DNA from: Escherichia coli | Lineage (GTDB): Bacteria > Pseudomonadota > Gammaproteobacteria > Enterobacterales > Enterobacteriaceae | DNA: 64,000 nt | Strand: one strand, 5' to 3' | Assembly: GCF_045037415.1 (NCBI RefSeq) | Contig: NZ_CP173440.1 | Part shown: positions 31,974-43,004 of the stretch, in pieces | How the letters are laid out: each line of letters opens with the position of its first letter | Numbering within the stretch: position 1 is the stretch's first letter | Program-made: the position numbers and the translations under genes | Notes under the pieces: generated by a model | Told to the model about the DNA's origin: nothing | Databases searched by the model: none | The model's input: only the letters and a program-made list of their open reading frames with translations

Positions 31974-32381
31974 TTAACCAGGATCGTTGAGCACGGTTAG
32001 CTCATCGCCTTTAATGGCGTTGTAAAAACAACTCCGCCGACCTGTGTGGCAGGCTCCACCTTTTTGATCCACTAGCAGTAGCACCGCATCTCCGTCACAA
32101 TCCAGACGGATATCATGTACTTGCTGAACGCAGCCGGAGGTCTCACCTTTTCGCCAAAGGCATGATCGGGATCGCGACCAGTAACAGGCTCTGCCAGTCA
32201 ATAAGGTTTCATCAAGAGCCTGTTGATTCATCCAGGCAAGCATCAACACCTCTCCAGTGTCATATTGCTGTGCAATCGCAGCGATCAAACCATGAGAATC
32301 CCAGGGTATTGACGGCAGGATATCCTCAAGCTGAAACACTGCTCCTGCATGGGCTTTTTCCAGTAACAGAAACATTGGCAC
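31974..32381 (-). CDS. hisI: phosphoribosyl-AMP cyclohydrolase paralog (HisI-like)
   Basis: 135 aa with HisI-like core (…WSRSRS…[28 protein letters not shown]); Cys/His ligand positions appear retained. Confidence 0.65.
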   Translation of the reverse strand: MPMFLLLEKAHAGAVFQLEDILPSIPWDSHGLIAAIAQQYDTGEVLMLAWMNQQALDETLLTGRACYWSRSRSCLWRKGETSGCVQQVHDIRLDCDGDAVLLLVDQKGGACHTGRRSCFYNAIKGDELTVLNDPG

Positions 32382-32393
32382 CCCACCTTTTTG

Positions 32394-32411
32394 ATGTTAC
32401 GTTATAACATA
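32394..32411. promoter_or_regulatory. Zur-box-like operator
   Basis: ATGTTACGTTATAACATA, 13 bp upstream of the hisI-like start, in the divergent region with a Fur-family regulator gene. Confidence 0.55.
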
Positions 32412-32519
32412 TCAAACATAATTGCCAGTTATCACGATTTCACAGGCACTGTACTTCTTGGGTAACATCTGACCGGAAAAAGAAACAAAGCAAATGTGAT
32501 AGAGGCAGCAGGAGGCAAG

Positions 32520-33020
32520 ATGAATAACAAACTACATTCTGAATTGATTAAGAAAGCTATGTTCCCGGATCTAGGCTGTTCAGAATTTAGGGAACTGACT
32601 GCCCGTAAGGCGATGCGAATTACTCCGATGCGGATGATGGTGTATCACTTCATCAGGTGTGCTGAAGACAAAGGTATCAGTGCATACCAAATCCTTGACC
32701 AGTTAAAATCATATAACCCAAATGCAAAACCAACTACTGTTTATCGTACTCTGGATTATCTACAACAGGCTGGAGTCATTGTAAAAATAGAAAGCTGTAG
32801 CAAGTTTGTAAAAAAGAATAGCTTTCCCCATGAAGGATTAACACTTTTTATGATTTGTTCAAACTGCGGTACAATCATTCAGCATACAGACAGCAAAATA
32901 CAATATTACGTTGAGGATAAATCACATGAATATGGGTATATTATGCAAAGAAAGGACATAGAAATCAGTATAATTTGTCCCGGTTGTCAGGCTAATGAAA
33001 AAATGGCGCAATCTGGGTGA
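32520..33020 (+). CDS. second Fur-family regulator (low-GC, divergent from the hisI-COG0523 operon)
   Basis: Winged-helix region and CSNCG…CPGC structural-zinc-type motifs. Start set at MNNKLH. Confidence 0.6.
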   Translation: MNNKLHSELIKKAMFPDLGCSEFRELTARKAMRITPMRMMVYHFIRCAEDKGISAYQILDQLKSYNPNAKPTTVYRTLDYLQQAGVIVKIESCSKFVKKNSFPHEGLTLFMICSNCGTIIQHTDSKIQYYVEDKSHEYGYIMQRKDIEISIICPGCQANEKMAQSG

Positions 33021-33395
33021 ATTGTGCTCAATAAGCATACGATTAGTAACTTCCCATATTATATGTGAAACAGAAAAAATATTATTACGGTCGATAAAAT
33101 TAAGAATAATATAAATTAGCACTCCCACAAATATTGATTGAAATAATGCTGAATTATTTTCAATAAATAATACAAATAATGCAATTTGAAAAATACCTAC
33201 CTATCATGTTTAGCAAAGCATGACTATTTAGGATCATAAAAACAAAAAAGGAAATTTATAATTTATTTATTTTAACCGTTTTATTTGCACTCCATGTAAA
33301 TGCATGCTTAAATTCCCATGCATTTCCTAAACAATATTACTAATGACCTTTATATACAATAATACAGAAATCCTAAATAACTGATCCTAATACCG

Positions 33396-34390
33396 CTACA
33401 GTTTAGCCAACCCATGTTTTCCACCGGGGAATGGGCTGACGGTATTCATAAAGTGACGAACCTTTTTCAACAGTTTCCACATTGAGTGGCACTGATGATT
33501 TCGGGTTATTGTCTCGTGAAGCGCCTGCCACAACCGTTCGACATGATTGACCCGCGGCGAGTAAACCGGCTGATAAATTACCCTGAACTTCGGGTTTGCT
33601 TTCAGCCAACGCAACGTTTCACGGCTTTTGTGGATGATGTGGTTATCGACAATGAGCGTAATCGTTTTTGCCCGCCGGTATGTCGCCTTCAGATGTTTTA
33701 AGTCTGATAAATAAGGAAGAACCTTTACTGTTTCCACTAACGTAGCTGGCTTTTCCTGTATCGCTGTGCAGCGCACCGGCAAGATAGTACTTTTCATTCT
33801 GGCCCAGCGTGACTACGCGCTTTTGCTGCCCGCGCAGATGCCAGTCAGCACCAATTTTGGGATTGAGGTGAATATCCACTTCATCTTCGTAAAATACGGG
33901 GTTTTCCGCACTGCATTCGCCAGTGCTTCATGGATAGCGACCATTTTTTCTTCTTTGTGTGGGGCACGGATACGCAGTGTCGGCGCTGCTCTCCGCCATA
34001 CCAGTCCGGCAGCAGGTAACCATCGCCGGATGGTTGAAGCATGTAGCGGACAACCGATAACATCACGGACTTTTATCGCCAGCAGTTCGGTGCTCCAGCG
34101 GGAACGCTGATAACTGAAATCGCCGGGAGAATGCTTAACAAGCTCAAGCAGCAATGCGCAAATATGTTCGAACGGCCAGCGCCTCCCACGTCCTGACGGC
34201 AATGATTTCAGGCCTTCAGTACCAGACAGCGTGAACCAGTTAATCTAGCGACCAATCGATGAGCGGGCACAGCAGAGCGTTCTGGCAACATGACTGACGG
34301 TGTCACCATGATGCAGCATCAGCATGGCGGTGAGCCGCCGGGCGAGGTTTTTGTCCTTTGTTTTATTGATATTTTTATCCATCAGGCGTC
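33396..34390 (-). pseudogene. IS630-family transposase, broken into three or more frames
   Basis: ORFs 33396..33797 (DDE C-terminus, …YQPVYSPRVNHVERLW…) and 33813..34202 (N-terminal part), plus an HTH piece near 34250-34390. Confidence 0.55.
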
Positions 34391-34478
34391 ACTGGCTCTT
34401 GCCCGCATATCAGCTGCATTATAGTACGGCATCAGGTAATTCCTTGATGGTTGTTATCCGCGATATCAGACCTGACGT

Positions 34479-35460
34479 CTATTTATTGGGCTGAATTTCC
34501 CGGATGCTGCTTAAATCACGGTGACGTGAACTCCAGACGCCGCTTCCGACCGCGGCACCGGTGGATTTTCTGAAGCGCAGGCCGCACTCACTGACCCACT
34601 GGGAACTGGTTTCCCGCAGCCTGACTAAACGGGGTTGGTAGCATTCAGTAACGGTCCCGGTGTGAGTCATCTTCTTCTGCTTTTTCGTTTCATGGACATG
34701 GGTGACCTTATCTGACGAACCATTCACCGCCCGGTCACGGTATTCAGTAGGGATCTCCATAGACAGGCGCAGAGGCAGGGCCCTGCCCTGCCCCGGGACG
34801 GGTAACAGACTGTCCGCCGTGGCTTTCAGCCAGCCATACAGCTTATGACCATTACCCGGAATGCCATCAAGCGTCAGTTTACGCGCGGTGAAGCTCCCGT
34901 CCTGCCTTCGGACCTTCCGCAGGAAGGTACCCAGAGGCTTACCAGACTCAACCGGCTCCGCCACAATCTAGTCATACCCTGGAAACTGATCGAGCATCAG
35001 GTCGATATACTCCCAGTCGAGGACGACAATGACGTGGCCATGAATGTCAGGGCCGTCATTCCACTGTATGGCAATGACATAAGGGAACAGCATGTCGTCG
35101 TGAACTCAGAGATACTGAACTAGGCTCTAGCTGGCCAGTTCACAACTGCCGGCCGGAAATGGCTTCAGCCAGTCACGCCAGAGGGAAGGTACCGGCTCAC
35201 CGGACCGTTCTCCGGCGGCCAGCTCCAGCGCCCGACGGAAGGCCTTCACACGGGCCCAGGTTTCCGCATTCATTTCTTTGCCTTCCCATCAGCACGCGCT
35301 AGGATCAGCAGGCTGAACGCGTCACGAATAACAACTCACTAGATACCATAGCCACCTGACTGCACAGGTAAATCAATGAATTCTGGCGGCCCGGCCAGTA
35401 CCTTTGTCAGATCCAGCGGTAGATGTATGACATTGGTCATTCACCGGCTAGGTTCACAAA
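34479..35460 (-). pseudogene. degraded gene of unknown family with several in-frame TAG stops
   Basis: Consecutive minus-strand coding-like segments are interrupted by stops, several in CTAG context. Confidence 0.3.
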
Positions 35461-35611
35461 GGTGATCTGGTGTGGGAAAGCGGAGCGTTTTACCAGAAAA
35501 TCAAATATAGTTGACAGGCAGGATATTACATATGGTCAACTCATGTGATCTGTATCTTATTATACGAAAAATGGAACTCATCTTAATATGTTGATATAAA
35601 ATCACTTTATA

Positions 35612-36175
35612 TTGAAAACCTCATATTATGGCACACTGCCTGCGGTAGATAGTGCTAACGAAAAGCAGCCACTGATGATTGGCTCCCATATTGACACCGT
35701 TGTAAACGCCGGCGCTTTCGATGGTTGTTACGGTGTCCTGTCCGGCCTGGCTGTCGTCAGGGCTTTCAGAAAAGCCGGGATCAAACCTTCCCGCCCGATT
35801 ACTGTCGGCGCATTCACAAACGAAGAGGGTATCCGTTATCAACCCGATATGATGGGATCGCTCGTCTATGCAGGGGGGATCTCGCTGAAGAAAATCCTGG
35901 ACACTGTCGGCACTGATGGCACACGTCTGGGTGATGAGCTGCAGCGTATTGGCTATGCGGGAAACCTGGAGCCCGGCTCGATCGTCCCTCATGAATACAT
36001 TGAACTGCACATCGAACAGGGACCTGTTCTTGAAGCCGAAGGGATCCAGATCGGTGCTGTCGAAAATCTTCAGGGAATTTCCTGGCAGGAAATCACCATC
36101 AAAGGCACGGCAAACCATGCAGGCACCACGCCGACACGGCTACCCGTTCTTACGATCCGGCAGTCTAGGAAATGC
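35612..36175 (+). pseudogene. fragment of an M20-family amidohydrolase (allantoate/N-carbamoyl-amino-acid amidohydrolase-like)
   Basis: Internal region only (…GSHIDTVVNAGAFDGCYGV…GTANHAGTTP…); N- and C-termini are missing. Confidence 0.5.
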
Positions 36176-36533
36176 TTGAAAAACGGATGCGTGTTATCTG
36201 TAATTCTGTTTGCGCAATGCACGAAGCAGAATGTGAATTCATTTACACACATGAGTTTTCACCTACAGTCGATCATCCGCGGGAAACTGCATATGCAATT
36301 GACGCAGCGGTTCGCGTATTCGGCGAAAAAAATGTGGATTCCACGGTGACGTGTTCATACTCAAATCTCCTGCAATATGGGAGATTTGAGTATGGTTGTA
36401 CCTTGTGAGCGAACAGCGGGAATTCGCAAATGTTTCACATCTGATCAAGGCATTACTTAAAGGATGCTGTGGTAGCCAACGGGGAGCAGGTCAAAGCAAT
36501 TACAAATTGGTTTGAATTGCAACATCATGCAAA

Positions 36534-36553
36534 TAAATGTTATGTTATCACAT
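36534..36553. promoter_or_regulatory. Zur-box-like operator (one mismatch to the window consensus)
   Basis: AAATGTTATGTTATCACATT, about 25 bp upstream of the probable ATPase start. Confidence 0.45.
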
Positions 36554-36577
36554 TACTTAAGTGGCATATACAGTGAC

Positions 36578-37387
36578 ATGAACAACAATCTTCCTTATCC
36601 AATACCTGTGCTTGATGTTAAAAGCGTCAGCATTTCTACGGGCCATTCTGCTCTGGTTAGCGATGTCAGCTTTCGGCTCCAACAAGGCGAGCGGGTCTGT
36701 ATTATCGGCTCATCAGGGTCAGGTAAGTCTCTGACGGCAAAAGCCATTATAGGTACATTGTCTGCCGGGCTGTTATTACAAGGAAGCATTCGTATAAACG
36801 GTGCGGATGTCGTTGGCCTTCATCCCACCCGGCGCCCTCAGCATGCGCTGGTATCCGCCATCTTTCAGGACTCTTCCACCGCGCTGAACCCGCTGATGCC
36901 GGTGGGGCGACAGCTTGCTCTGGCGTTGAAAACAGGTGATAACGCGATGCTGGGCTCTTTGCTGGATGCGCTACAGCTCAGCGATATCCCTCAATTGCTC
37001 TCCCGCTACCCGGCAGAGCTTTCCGGTGGGCAGCGTCAGCGGATTTGCATCGCGCTGGCGTTGCTGGGGAATAATCGCCTGCTGGTTGCTGATGAACCGA
37101 CGACGGCACTGGATGTGATTAGCCAGCAGCAGGTTTTGCAGATATTAGTTCAGGGTTCCACGATGAGAGCTCCGCCTGCGTTGCTCTTCATCACACATGA
37201 TATTGCCGTTGCCACACAGTTGTGCCAGCGAGGTATCGTGGTGGAAAAAGGCAGGATTGTGGAGTCAGGCACAATGGACCAGCTCCTGAACGAGCCGGAG
37301 CATCCTTACACCCGCAAATTGGTACGGGCCGCGCGAGCCGCTGAACAGACGTTGTTAACACACACCCGTGAGGTGCTCGCCGGATGA
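36578..37387 (+). CDS. ABC transporter ATP-binding protein (Nik/Dpp/Opp-type, D-like)
   Basis: Walker A GSSGSGKS, signature LSGGQRQR, Walker B LLVADEPT. Confidence 0.8.
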   Translation: MNNNLPYPIPVLDVKSVSISTGHSALVSDVSFRLQQGERVCIIGSSGSGKSLTAKAIIGTLSAGLLLQGSIRINGADVVGLHPTRRPQHALVSAIFQDSSTALNPLMPVGRQLALALKTGDNAMLGSLLDALQLSDIPQLLSRYPAELSGGQRQRICIALALLGNNRLLVADEPTTALDVISQQQVLQILVQGSTMRAPPALLFITHDIAVATQLCQRGIVVEKGRIVESGTMDQLLNEPEHPYTRKLVRAARAAEQTLLTHTREVLAG

Positions 37388-38217
37388 GTATTCCCCTGCA
37401 GATGGCATCCGACTCCTTCATTCAGGTCGACAGGATTTCCCGCTACCGGAGTCACCCCGGACTCCCTTGGCAGAAGACCCTGCCAGTGAATGCCATTCTT
37501 AAAGATTTTTCGCTCACACTGCGTCAGCATGAGCGTGTTGGCCTGTTAGGATGTTCGGGCTGTGGAAAATCGACGTTACTGAAAGCTATCTTGGCCCTCG
37601 ACCCGGTAGATGACGGTGAGGTGTATTGTGATGGAAAGGTGGTCAGGCCCGGCTCTGCCCGAATATTGCGCTGGTATCGCCGCAGGGTTCAGTACCTTCC
37701 TCAGGAACCCGCCAGTACGTTGCCGCCGTCAATGCGTGTCAGAGAGATTCTCAACGAGCCGCTAAGACATTTAGGCTGCAACCGTGATGCGTCACCTAAT
37801 CTTGCCGCCGCGCTTGAACAGGTCGAACTCAGCGCAAAAGTTCTCGATCAGCGTGCAGGCTCGCTTTCAGGGGGGCAGGCTCAGCGCGTTGCGCTGGCAA
37901 GAGCGCTGATCATACAGCCCGATTTTTTGCTGGCCGATGAGCCGGTCAGCGGGCTGGATCTTCCCCTGCGTGAGCAAATCAAATTGCTACTTTTGCGTAT
38001 AGCAGAAGAAAACCGCATGGGGCTGCTGATTGTCTCTCATGACATTTCTATGCTGGCAGGGTTGTGCGACAGAACGCTGGTCATGGTGGCTGGAAAAATC
38101 ATTGAAGATCGCCCGACGTTTGAAATGTTGCATTTACCTCATCATCCGCATACGCGTCAGCTTCTGGACGCGGTACCGGCTCTTGTAACTCATGCCCCGT
38201 CGCTGGCACGTGGCTGA
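37384..38217 (+). CDS. ABC transporter ATP-binding protein (F-like)
   Basis: GCSGCGKST, LSGGQAQR, LLADEP; ATGA overlap with the upstream gene. Confidence 0.8.
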   Translation: MSIPLQMASDSFIQVDRISRYRSHPGLPWQKTLPVNAILKDFSLTLRQHERVGLLGCSGCGKSTLLKAILALDPVDDGEVYCDGKVVRPGSARILRWYRRRVQYLPQEPASTLPPSMRVREILNEPLRHLGCNRDASPNLAAALEQVELSAKVLDQRAGSLSGGQAQRVALARALIIQPDFLLADEPVSGLDLPLREQIKLLLLRIAEENRMGLLIVSHDISMLAGLCDRTLVMVAGKIIEDRPTFEMLHLPHHPHTRQLLDAVPALVTHAPSLARG

Positions 38218-38243
38218 ATACACTTTTAACGAATAATCTCATT

Positions 38244-39488
38244 ATGACTGAATTGATTTCAGGGAAGAAAGCGAACACCTCCCCTTCATTGCTGCTTGTC
38301 AGCCAGTTTATTTTTAATACCGGTTTTTATGCGGTAGTGCCTTTTCTCGCTATTTTTCTGCGCGATGACATGCTGTTGTCCGGTGCCGCGATTGGCCTGG
38401 TGCTCGGTCTCAGGACCTTCTCGCAGCAGGGTATGTTTCTGGTTGGAGGGGCACTGACTGACAGGTTTGGCGGACGTGCCATCATTCTGTGCGGCTGCGT
38501 GGTCCGAATCAGTGGCTACCTGCTGCTCGCCATCAGCGCCTCGTTATGGGGCGTTATTCTGGGAGCCTGCCTGACAGGGATTGGCGGTGCGCTCTTCTCG
38601 CCTGCAATCGAGTCGCTGATGGCTCAGGCGGGGACGCAAAGTGAAAGGGAAGGCAAGCGCAGCCGTTCAGAATGGTTCGCGTTGTTCTCTGTTTGTGGTG
38701 AGCTGGGTTCAGTCATCGGTCCTTTGCTGGGAGCATTGCTGACAGGGTACAGCTTTCAGAGTGTGGCCCTTGGCGGGGCAGGCGTCTTCTTGTTTGCGCT
38801 GATTATGCTCTATTTCATGCTACCGACAGGCACCAGCCATCATGGCACGCTTAAAATTTCCCCTTGGTGGACGGCATTTCACCAGCGCCGCTTTGTTGCC
38901 TTTATCGTTGCTTACAGCGCGTATTTATTCAGCTATAACCAGCTCTATCTGGCGTTACCCGTTGAACTACGCCGCTCCGGGGGAAGTGAGGCCGAGCTCG
39001 GCCCGCTGTTTATGCTGGCCTCAGTCATGATCATTTTCCTGCAATTGCCTCTGGCACGGTTTGCCCGAAAACGCGGCGCATCACAGATTTTGCCTGTGGG
39101 ATTTTTGCTGCTGGCACTGTCATTCTTTAGCGTCGCTCTGTTCGCCGGTACCACAGCGCCAGACACTCTGTGGCGGCTGCTTCCCGCGGTTTCACTAGTC
39201 ACGCTGCTGACGCTTGGCCAGATGCTTATTGTGCCTGTGGGCATGGACATGATCCCTGTTTTTGCCCGGGATAAAAATCTTGGGGCGCACTACGGAGCAC
39301 TCTCCTCCATGGGCGGCGCCACCGTGCTGGCCGGCAATTTTGCCCTCGGCGGGCTGCTGGATCGCGCACTCATCCCTTCTTCGCAGGCTTTTGTGCCATG
39401 GCTACTTATGGGCTGCATTCCGTTATGCAGCGCGGTTGCCATGCTGTTTATTTTACGATCGTTTAAAACGACCTCTGGAAATCAATAA
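38244..39488 (+). CDS. MFS transporter embedded in the ABC operon
   Basis: About 12 predicted TM helices; MFS-like signature GGALTDRFGGR. Confidence 0.65.
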   Translation: MTELISGKKANTSPSLLLVSQFIFNTGFYAVVPFLAIFLRDDMLLSGAAIGLVLGLRTFSQQGMFLVGGALTDRFGGRAIILCGCVVRISGYLLLAISASLWGVILGACLTGIGGALFSPAIESLMAQAGTQSEREGKRSRSEWFALFSVCGELGSVIGPLLGALLTGYSFQSVALGGAGVFLFALIMLYFMLPTGTSHHGTLKISPWWTAFHQRRFVAFIVAYSAYLFSYNQLYLALPVELRRSGGSEAELGPLFMLASVMIIFLQLPLARFARKRGASQILPVGFLLLALSFFSVALFAGTTAPDTLWRLLPAVSLVTLLTLGQMLIVPVGMDMIPVFARDKNLGAHYGALSSMGGATVLAGNFALGGLLDRALIPSSQAFVPWLLMGCIPLCSAVAMLFILRSFKTTSGNQ

Positions 39489-39498
39489 GGACAGATAA

Positions 39499-41025
39499 AT
39501 GAATACGGGTAAATCATTATGGCCTGTTTATGGGCTCTTGTCAGCCACCTTATTACTGACTGGCTGCTTTAATGAACCGCAGGACGAATCGGTCAGCGCC
39601 AGCGAGGGCAGAATTAAAGTGGCGCACCTTCTTCCACCGCGTTCCGGCCTGACGCCGCTCAGTGATGATGCATTTAAATTATCGCGCTGGAGCACGGCTG
39701 AAACCCTGGTCGTACTCAACAGCGCCAGTGATGCACAGCCTGCGCTGGCAACCAGCTGGGAGCAAATCAATGACACAACCTGGCGTTTTGAATTGCGCCC
39801 GAACGTCAAGTTTCATGACAATACCGATCTAACCGCGCAGTCGGTGGTTAACGCGCTGAGCGTTGCCGCTAGCGCCAAACCAAAGCCCCGTATTCTGGAT
39901 GGCATAACGCTCACAGCCAAAGTAGACGGCGATAATGCCGTACTGATCACGACTGAAAAACGCGATCCTCTTCTGCCTCAGCGTCTTTCCAGCCCTCAGC
40001 TGGCCATTTTGTCGCTGAATGCTTACAAAGAAAATGGCGTGGTGAACCCAGTTAATGCAGGAACCGGGCCATTCATTCTGCGCAGCGTGAATGGCACCAG
40101 CAGTGCCGCGCTCGATCGCTTTGATGGCTACTGGGGCGAGAAGGCGAAAGCTAGCGGTATTGACGCAAGCTTTGTTCCGGACGGGGCCGCGCGCGCAGCC
40201 GCATTACGTACTGGCACGGCGGATATCATTGAGGCAATTCCTGTGTCTCAGGCCCCGCTTCTGGATCAATCACTGGTTCATGAAGTCCCGATGCCGAGAA
40301 CCAATACGCTTTATCTCAATACGGCGCAGGGCGTGATGAAAGATCCAGCTATGCGAGCCGCAGTCCGTGACGTGATTAATCGTCAGCAGATTGTTGATAA
40401 TGTCTATGAGAAACGTGCCGACGTCGCGCAGGGGCTTCTGGGGCCAGCCTTGCCATGGGCCGCACCACTGCGCAAACCGGTGACCAACCCCGTTGCAGCG
40501 GGAAAACCAGACGGGGCCACAATCACTCTGGCAACGTTCAGCGATCGTGCGGAATTGCCTGAAGTCGCGGTCTATCTTGCACAGCAGCTCATTGCCGCCG
40601 GGTTTACCGTGAAACAAGTGGTCCGCGAGTATTCGCAGATTGAAGCTGATGCGCTGGCCGGAAAGTTTGATGCCTTTATTCTGTCGCGTGCAACCGTGCT
40701 GGATTCCGGTGACCCGGTTGCCTACATGTACAGCGATTTCGCCTGCGAAGGGTCGTTCAATATATCCCAGCTGTGCCGCCCGGAAATTGATGCAGCGCTG
40801 AAAAAAGCCCGTGAAACGCCAGCGGGTGAAACCCGACGTCAGGCCATTATGGACGCTGAAAACATGATCCTTGCCAGTGATGCTGCGATCCCAATACTAC
40901 ATGAGCGCGTCATTCAGGGAGAAAGTGCGGTAGTGAAAAATGCGCTCCGTGACCCTCGCGAGCGCACGCTCATCGACAGCCAGACCCAATTAGTCGCTGG
41001 CGAACATACTACTGCTGCGCAGTAA
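39499..41025 (+). CDS. family-5 (NikA/OppA/CntA-like) substrate-binding lipoprotein
   Basis: Lipoprotein signal (LLLTGC); size and composition of family-5 solute-binding proteins. Confidence 0.7.
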   Translation: MNTGKSLWPVYGLLSATLLLTGCFNEPQDESVSASEGRIKVAHLLPPRSGLTPLSDDAFKLSRWSTAETLVVLNSASDAQPALATSWEQINDTTWRFELRPNVKFHDNTDLTAQSVVNALSVAASAKPKPRILDGITLTAKVDGDNAVLITTEKRDPLLPQRLSSPQLAILSLNAYKENGVVNPVNAGTGPFILRSVNGTSSAALDRFDGYWGEKAKASGIDASFVPDGAARAAALRTGTADIIEAIPVSQAPLLDQSLVHEVPMPRTNTLYLNTAQGVMKDPAMRAAVRDVINRQQIVDNVYEKRADVAQGLLGPALPWAAPLRKPVTNPVAAGKPDGATITLATFSDRAELPEVAVYLAQQLIAAGFTVKQVVREYSQIEADALAGKFDAFILSRATVLDSGDPVAYMYSDFACEGSFNISQLCRPEIDAALKKARETPAGETRRQAIMDAENMILASDAAIPILHERVIQGESAVVKNALRDPRERTLIDSQTQLVAGEHTTAAQ

Positions 41026-41043
41026 AACAGGGGTTATTGATCA

Positions 41044-42819
41044 ATGAGCGAATCGCTGTACTGCCGGACCTGCGCCAGGATCCATCGGGCAGGTAACCTG
41101 CCAAAAGGCTTAGTGGCAACGTTGCTGTCGCGGATAATTACGCTGACCGGTATTGTCGTGCTGATCGGGATGCTGCCTTGGGTATCGGGCCAGGATCCCG
41201 CCATGGCGCTGCTGAGAGCGCGTTCTGCCGAACAGGAAGCAACCCCGGAAGCATTAGCAGCGATTCGCCAGTCGCTGGGGTTCGATCAGGGCCCTGTGCA
41301 ACTCCTGCTGCACTGGCTCAGCGGCCTCTTGCAGGGGGATGCAGGTAACTCTTGGATATCAGGGCGCCCGGTGCTGCCTGACATGATCCAGGCAGCCCAG
41401 GTGTCACTGACGCTGATGCTGATGTCCGCCGTGGTGGCACTGCTGCTGGCGGCGATGATTTGCCTGCCGACATTCCGACGAGGCCTGCAGGGGCGGTCGT
41501 TTCGTTCGACGGGCTTTTTCGCGTCAGTATTCACCGCATTACCTGAATTTCTTCTGGCGTCATTCTTACTGGTCGTTGGGGCCGTCTGGCTGGAGTGGTT
41601 TCCTCCTTACGGCTGGAACGGCCTGCACTATGCGGTGCTGCCCGCGCTGGCAATGGGGATCCCGGCAGGTGGCTATCTGGGGCGGATATTCTCGGATGCT
41701 TTAGCGGCAACCTTTAGTGAAAACTGGATAATCACCTGGACCGTCTCCGGGATATCGCGTTGGCACATTACCTGCGCGGTACTTAAGCGAACGCTCTCCA
41801 CCGTTATGCCGTTAATTGGCCTGGTTTTGGTGTCATTGACGGGCAGTGCAGTGGCCGTGGAAAAGGTCTTCGCCATTCCGGGGCTCGGCAGGGCAACGCT
41901 CGGTGCCGTAGTTGCACAGGATCTTCCGGCGCTGCAAATGGGCGTGCTCTTCCTGCTCATCATTGCATTTATGTTCGGAATGCTGTGTGCGGGGATCAGA
42001 TACCTCATTCTGGGGCGGGCGTTACGCACGTCCTCTCTGCCGGTCACCAATGAACCTGACGGAAAAAGCGGGAAATTGTCGCTGTTGCTTCCGTTCGCCT
42101 GTGGCGTTGCGTTGGTCGTGCTTCTGCTTATTGGTCTGCCCCGTGATCCTTACTCGTCTGAGTTTATGCGACTGGCTCATCCTTCCTTTTCGCTGCCCTT
42201 TGGGGCCGATGCCATGGGGCGTGATTTGCTGGCCAGAGTGGCCTACGGCACAGTGCATACCTGCATGCTGGCGCTGATGGTGTCGCTTATTTGTCTGCTA
42301 CTGGGGCTGGTTATTGGTCTTTTCCCCAGGGTATTTGTGGGACCGACAGAGATGGCAAATGCGCTGCCTCCGGTGATTGCGGGCTTACTGGTGGTTTCCA
42401 TCAGTGGCCCCGGCAGTTTAGGTGCGGCCATTGCGATTGCAGCAGTAGGCTGGGCGCCTCTTGCCACACATACCGCGGCGCTGGCGACAGAAATTCGCGC
42501 CAGACCTTATATCAACATGCTTCCTGTTCTGGGGGTTGGCTGGCTACGTCAGAATCTGTTTTACATTTTTCCGGCACTAATTGGCCCTCTCTTTCGTCAT
42601 GCTATGCTGCGCTTACCGGGGATCGCCCTAGCTTTGGCTTCACTGGGTTTTCTCGGGCTGGGCGCATCACCGCCGGAGCCGGAATGGGGAAGGGTACTTG
42701 CGGAAGGAATGCCTTATCTGGAGCGCGCCTATTGGGTCGTTCTGGCACCTGCAGTCGCCCTTGCCGTTTTGTCGGTGATGGGCGTGAGTCTGGCCGGTCT
42801 GACGGGTCAAAAAAAGTAA
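41044..42819 (+). CDS. fused ABC permease (NikB/NikC-like double transmembrane domain)
   Basis: 591 aa with two permease-like halves. Confidence 0.65.
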   Translation: MSESLYCRTCARIHRAGNLPKGLVATLLSRIITLTGIVVLIGMLPWVSGQDPAMALLRARSAEQEATPEALAAIRQSLGFDQGPVQLLLHWLSGLLQGDAGNSWISGRPVLPDMIQAAQVSLTLMLMSAVVALLLAAMICLPTFRRGLQGRSFRSTGFFASVFTALPEFLLASFLLVVGAVWLEWFPPYGWNGLHYAVLPALAMGIPAGGYLGRIFSDALAATFSENWIITWTVSGISRWHITCAVLKRTLSTVMPLIGLVLVSLTGSAVAVEKVFAIPGLGRATLGAVVAQDLPALQMGVLFLLIIAFMFGMLCAGIRYLILGRALRTSSLPVTNEPDGKSGKLSLLLPFACGVALVVLLLIGLPRDPYSSEFMRLAHPSFSLPFGADAMGRDLLARVAYGTVHTCMLALMVSLICLLLGLVIGLFPRVFVGPTEMANALPPVIAGLLVVSISGPGSLGAAIAIAAVGWAPLATHTAALATEIRARPYINMLPVLGVGWLRQNLFYIFPALIGPLFRHAMLRLPGIALALASLGFLGLGASPPEPEWGRVLAEGMPYLERAYWVVLAPAVALAVLSVMGVSLAGLTGQKK

Positions 42820-43004
42820 AAGCGTTCCATACGTTGCTATCACTATGACTGCAATGTCGAACACCTTTAAACACGTGATTCTGTTACCAGGATTAAGTCG
42901 AGATTATTTTGAAATAACTCTGCACACTTTTTCACCGAAATTATGCTGGTGCCCATCGTCGGGCGAAGTTAGACTGAAATGTTGAGTTAAACAAGGGGGC
43001 AAAA

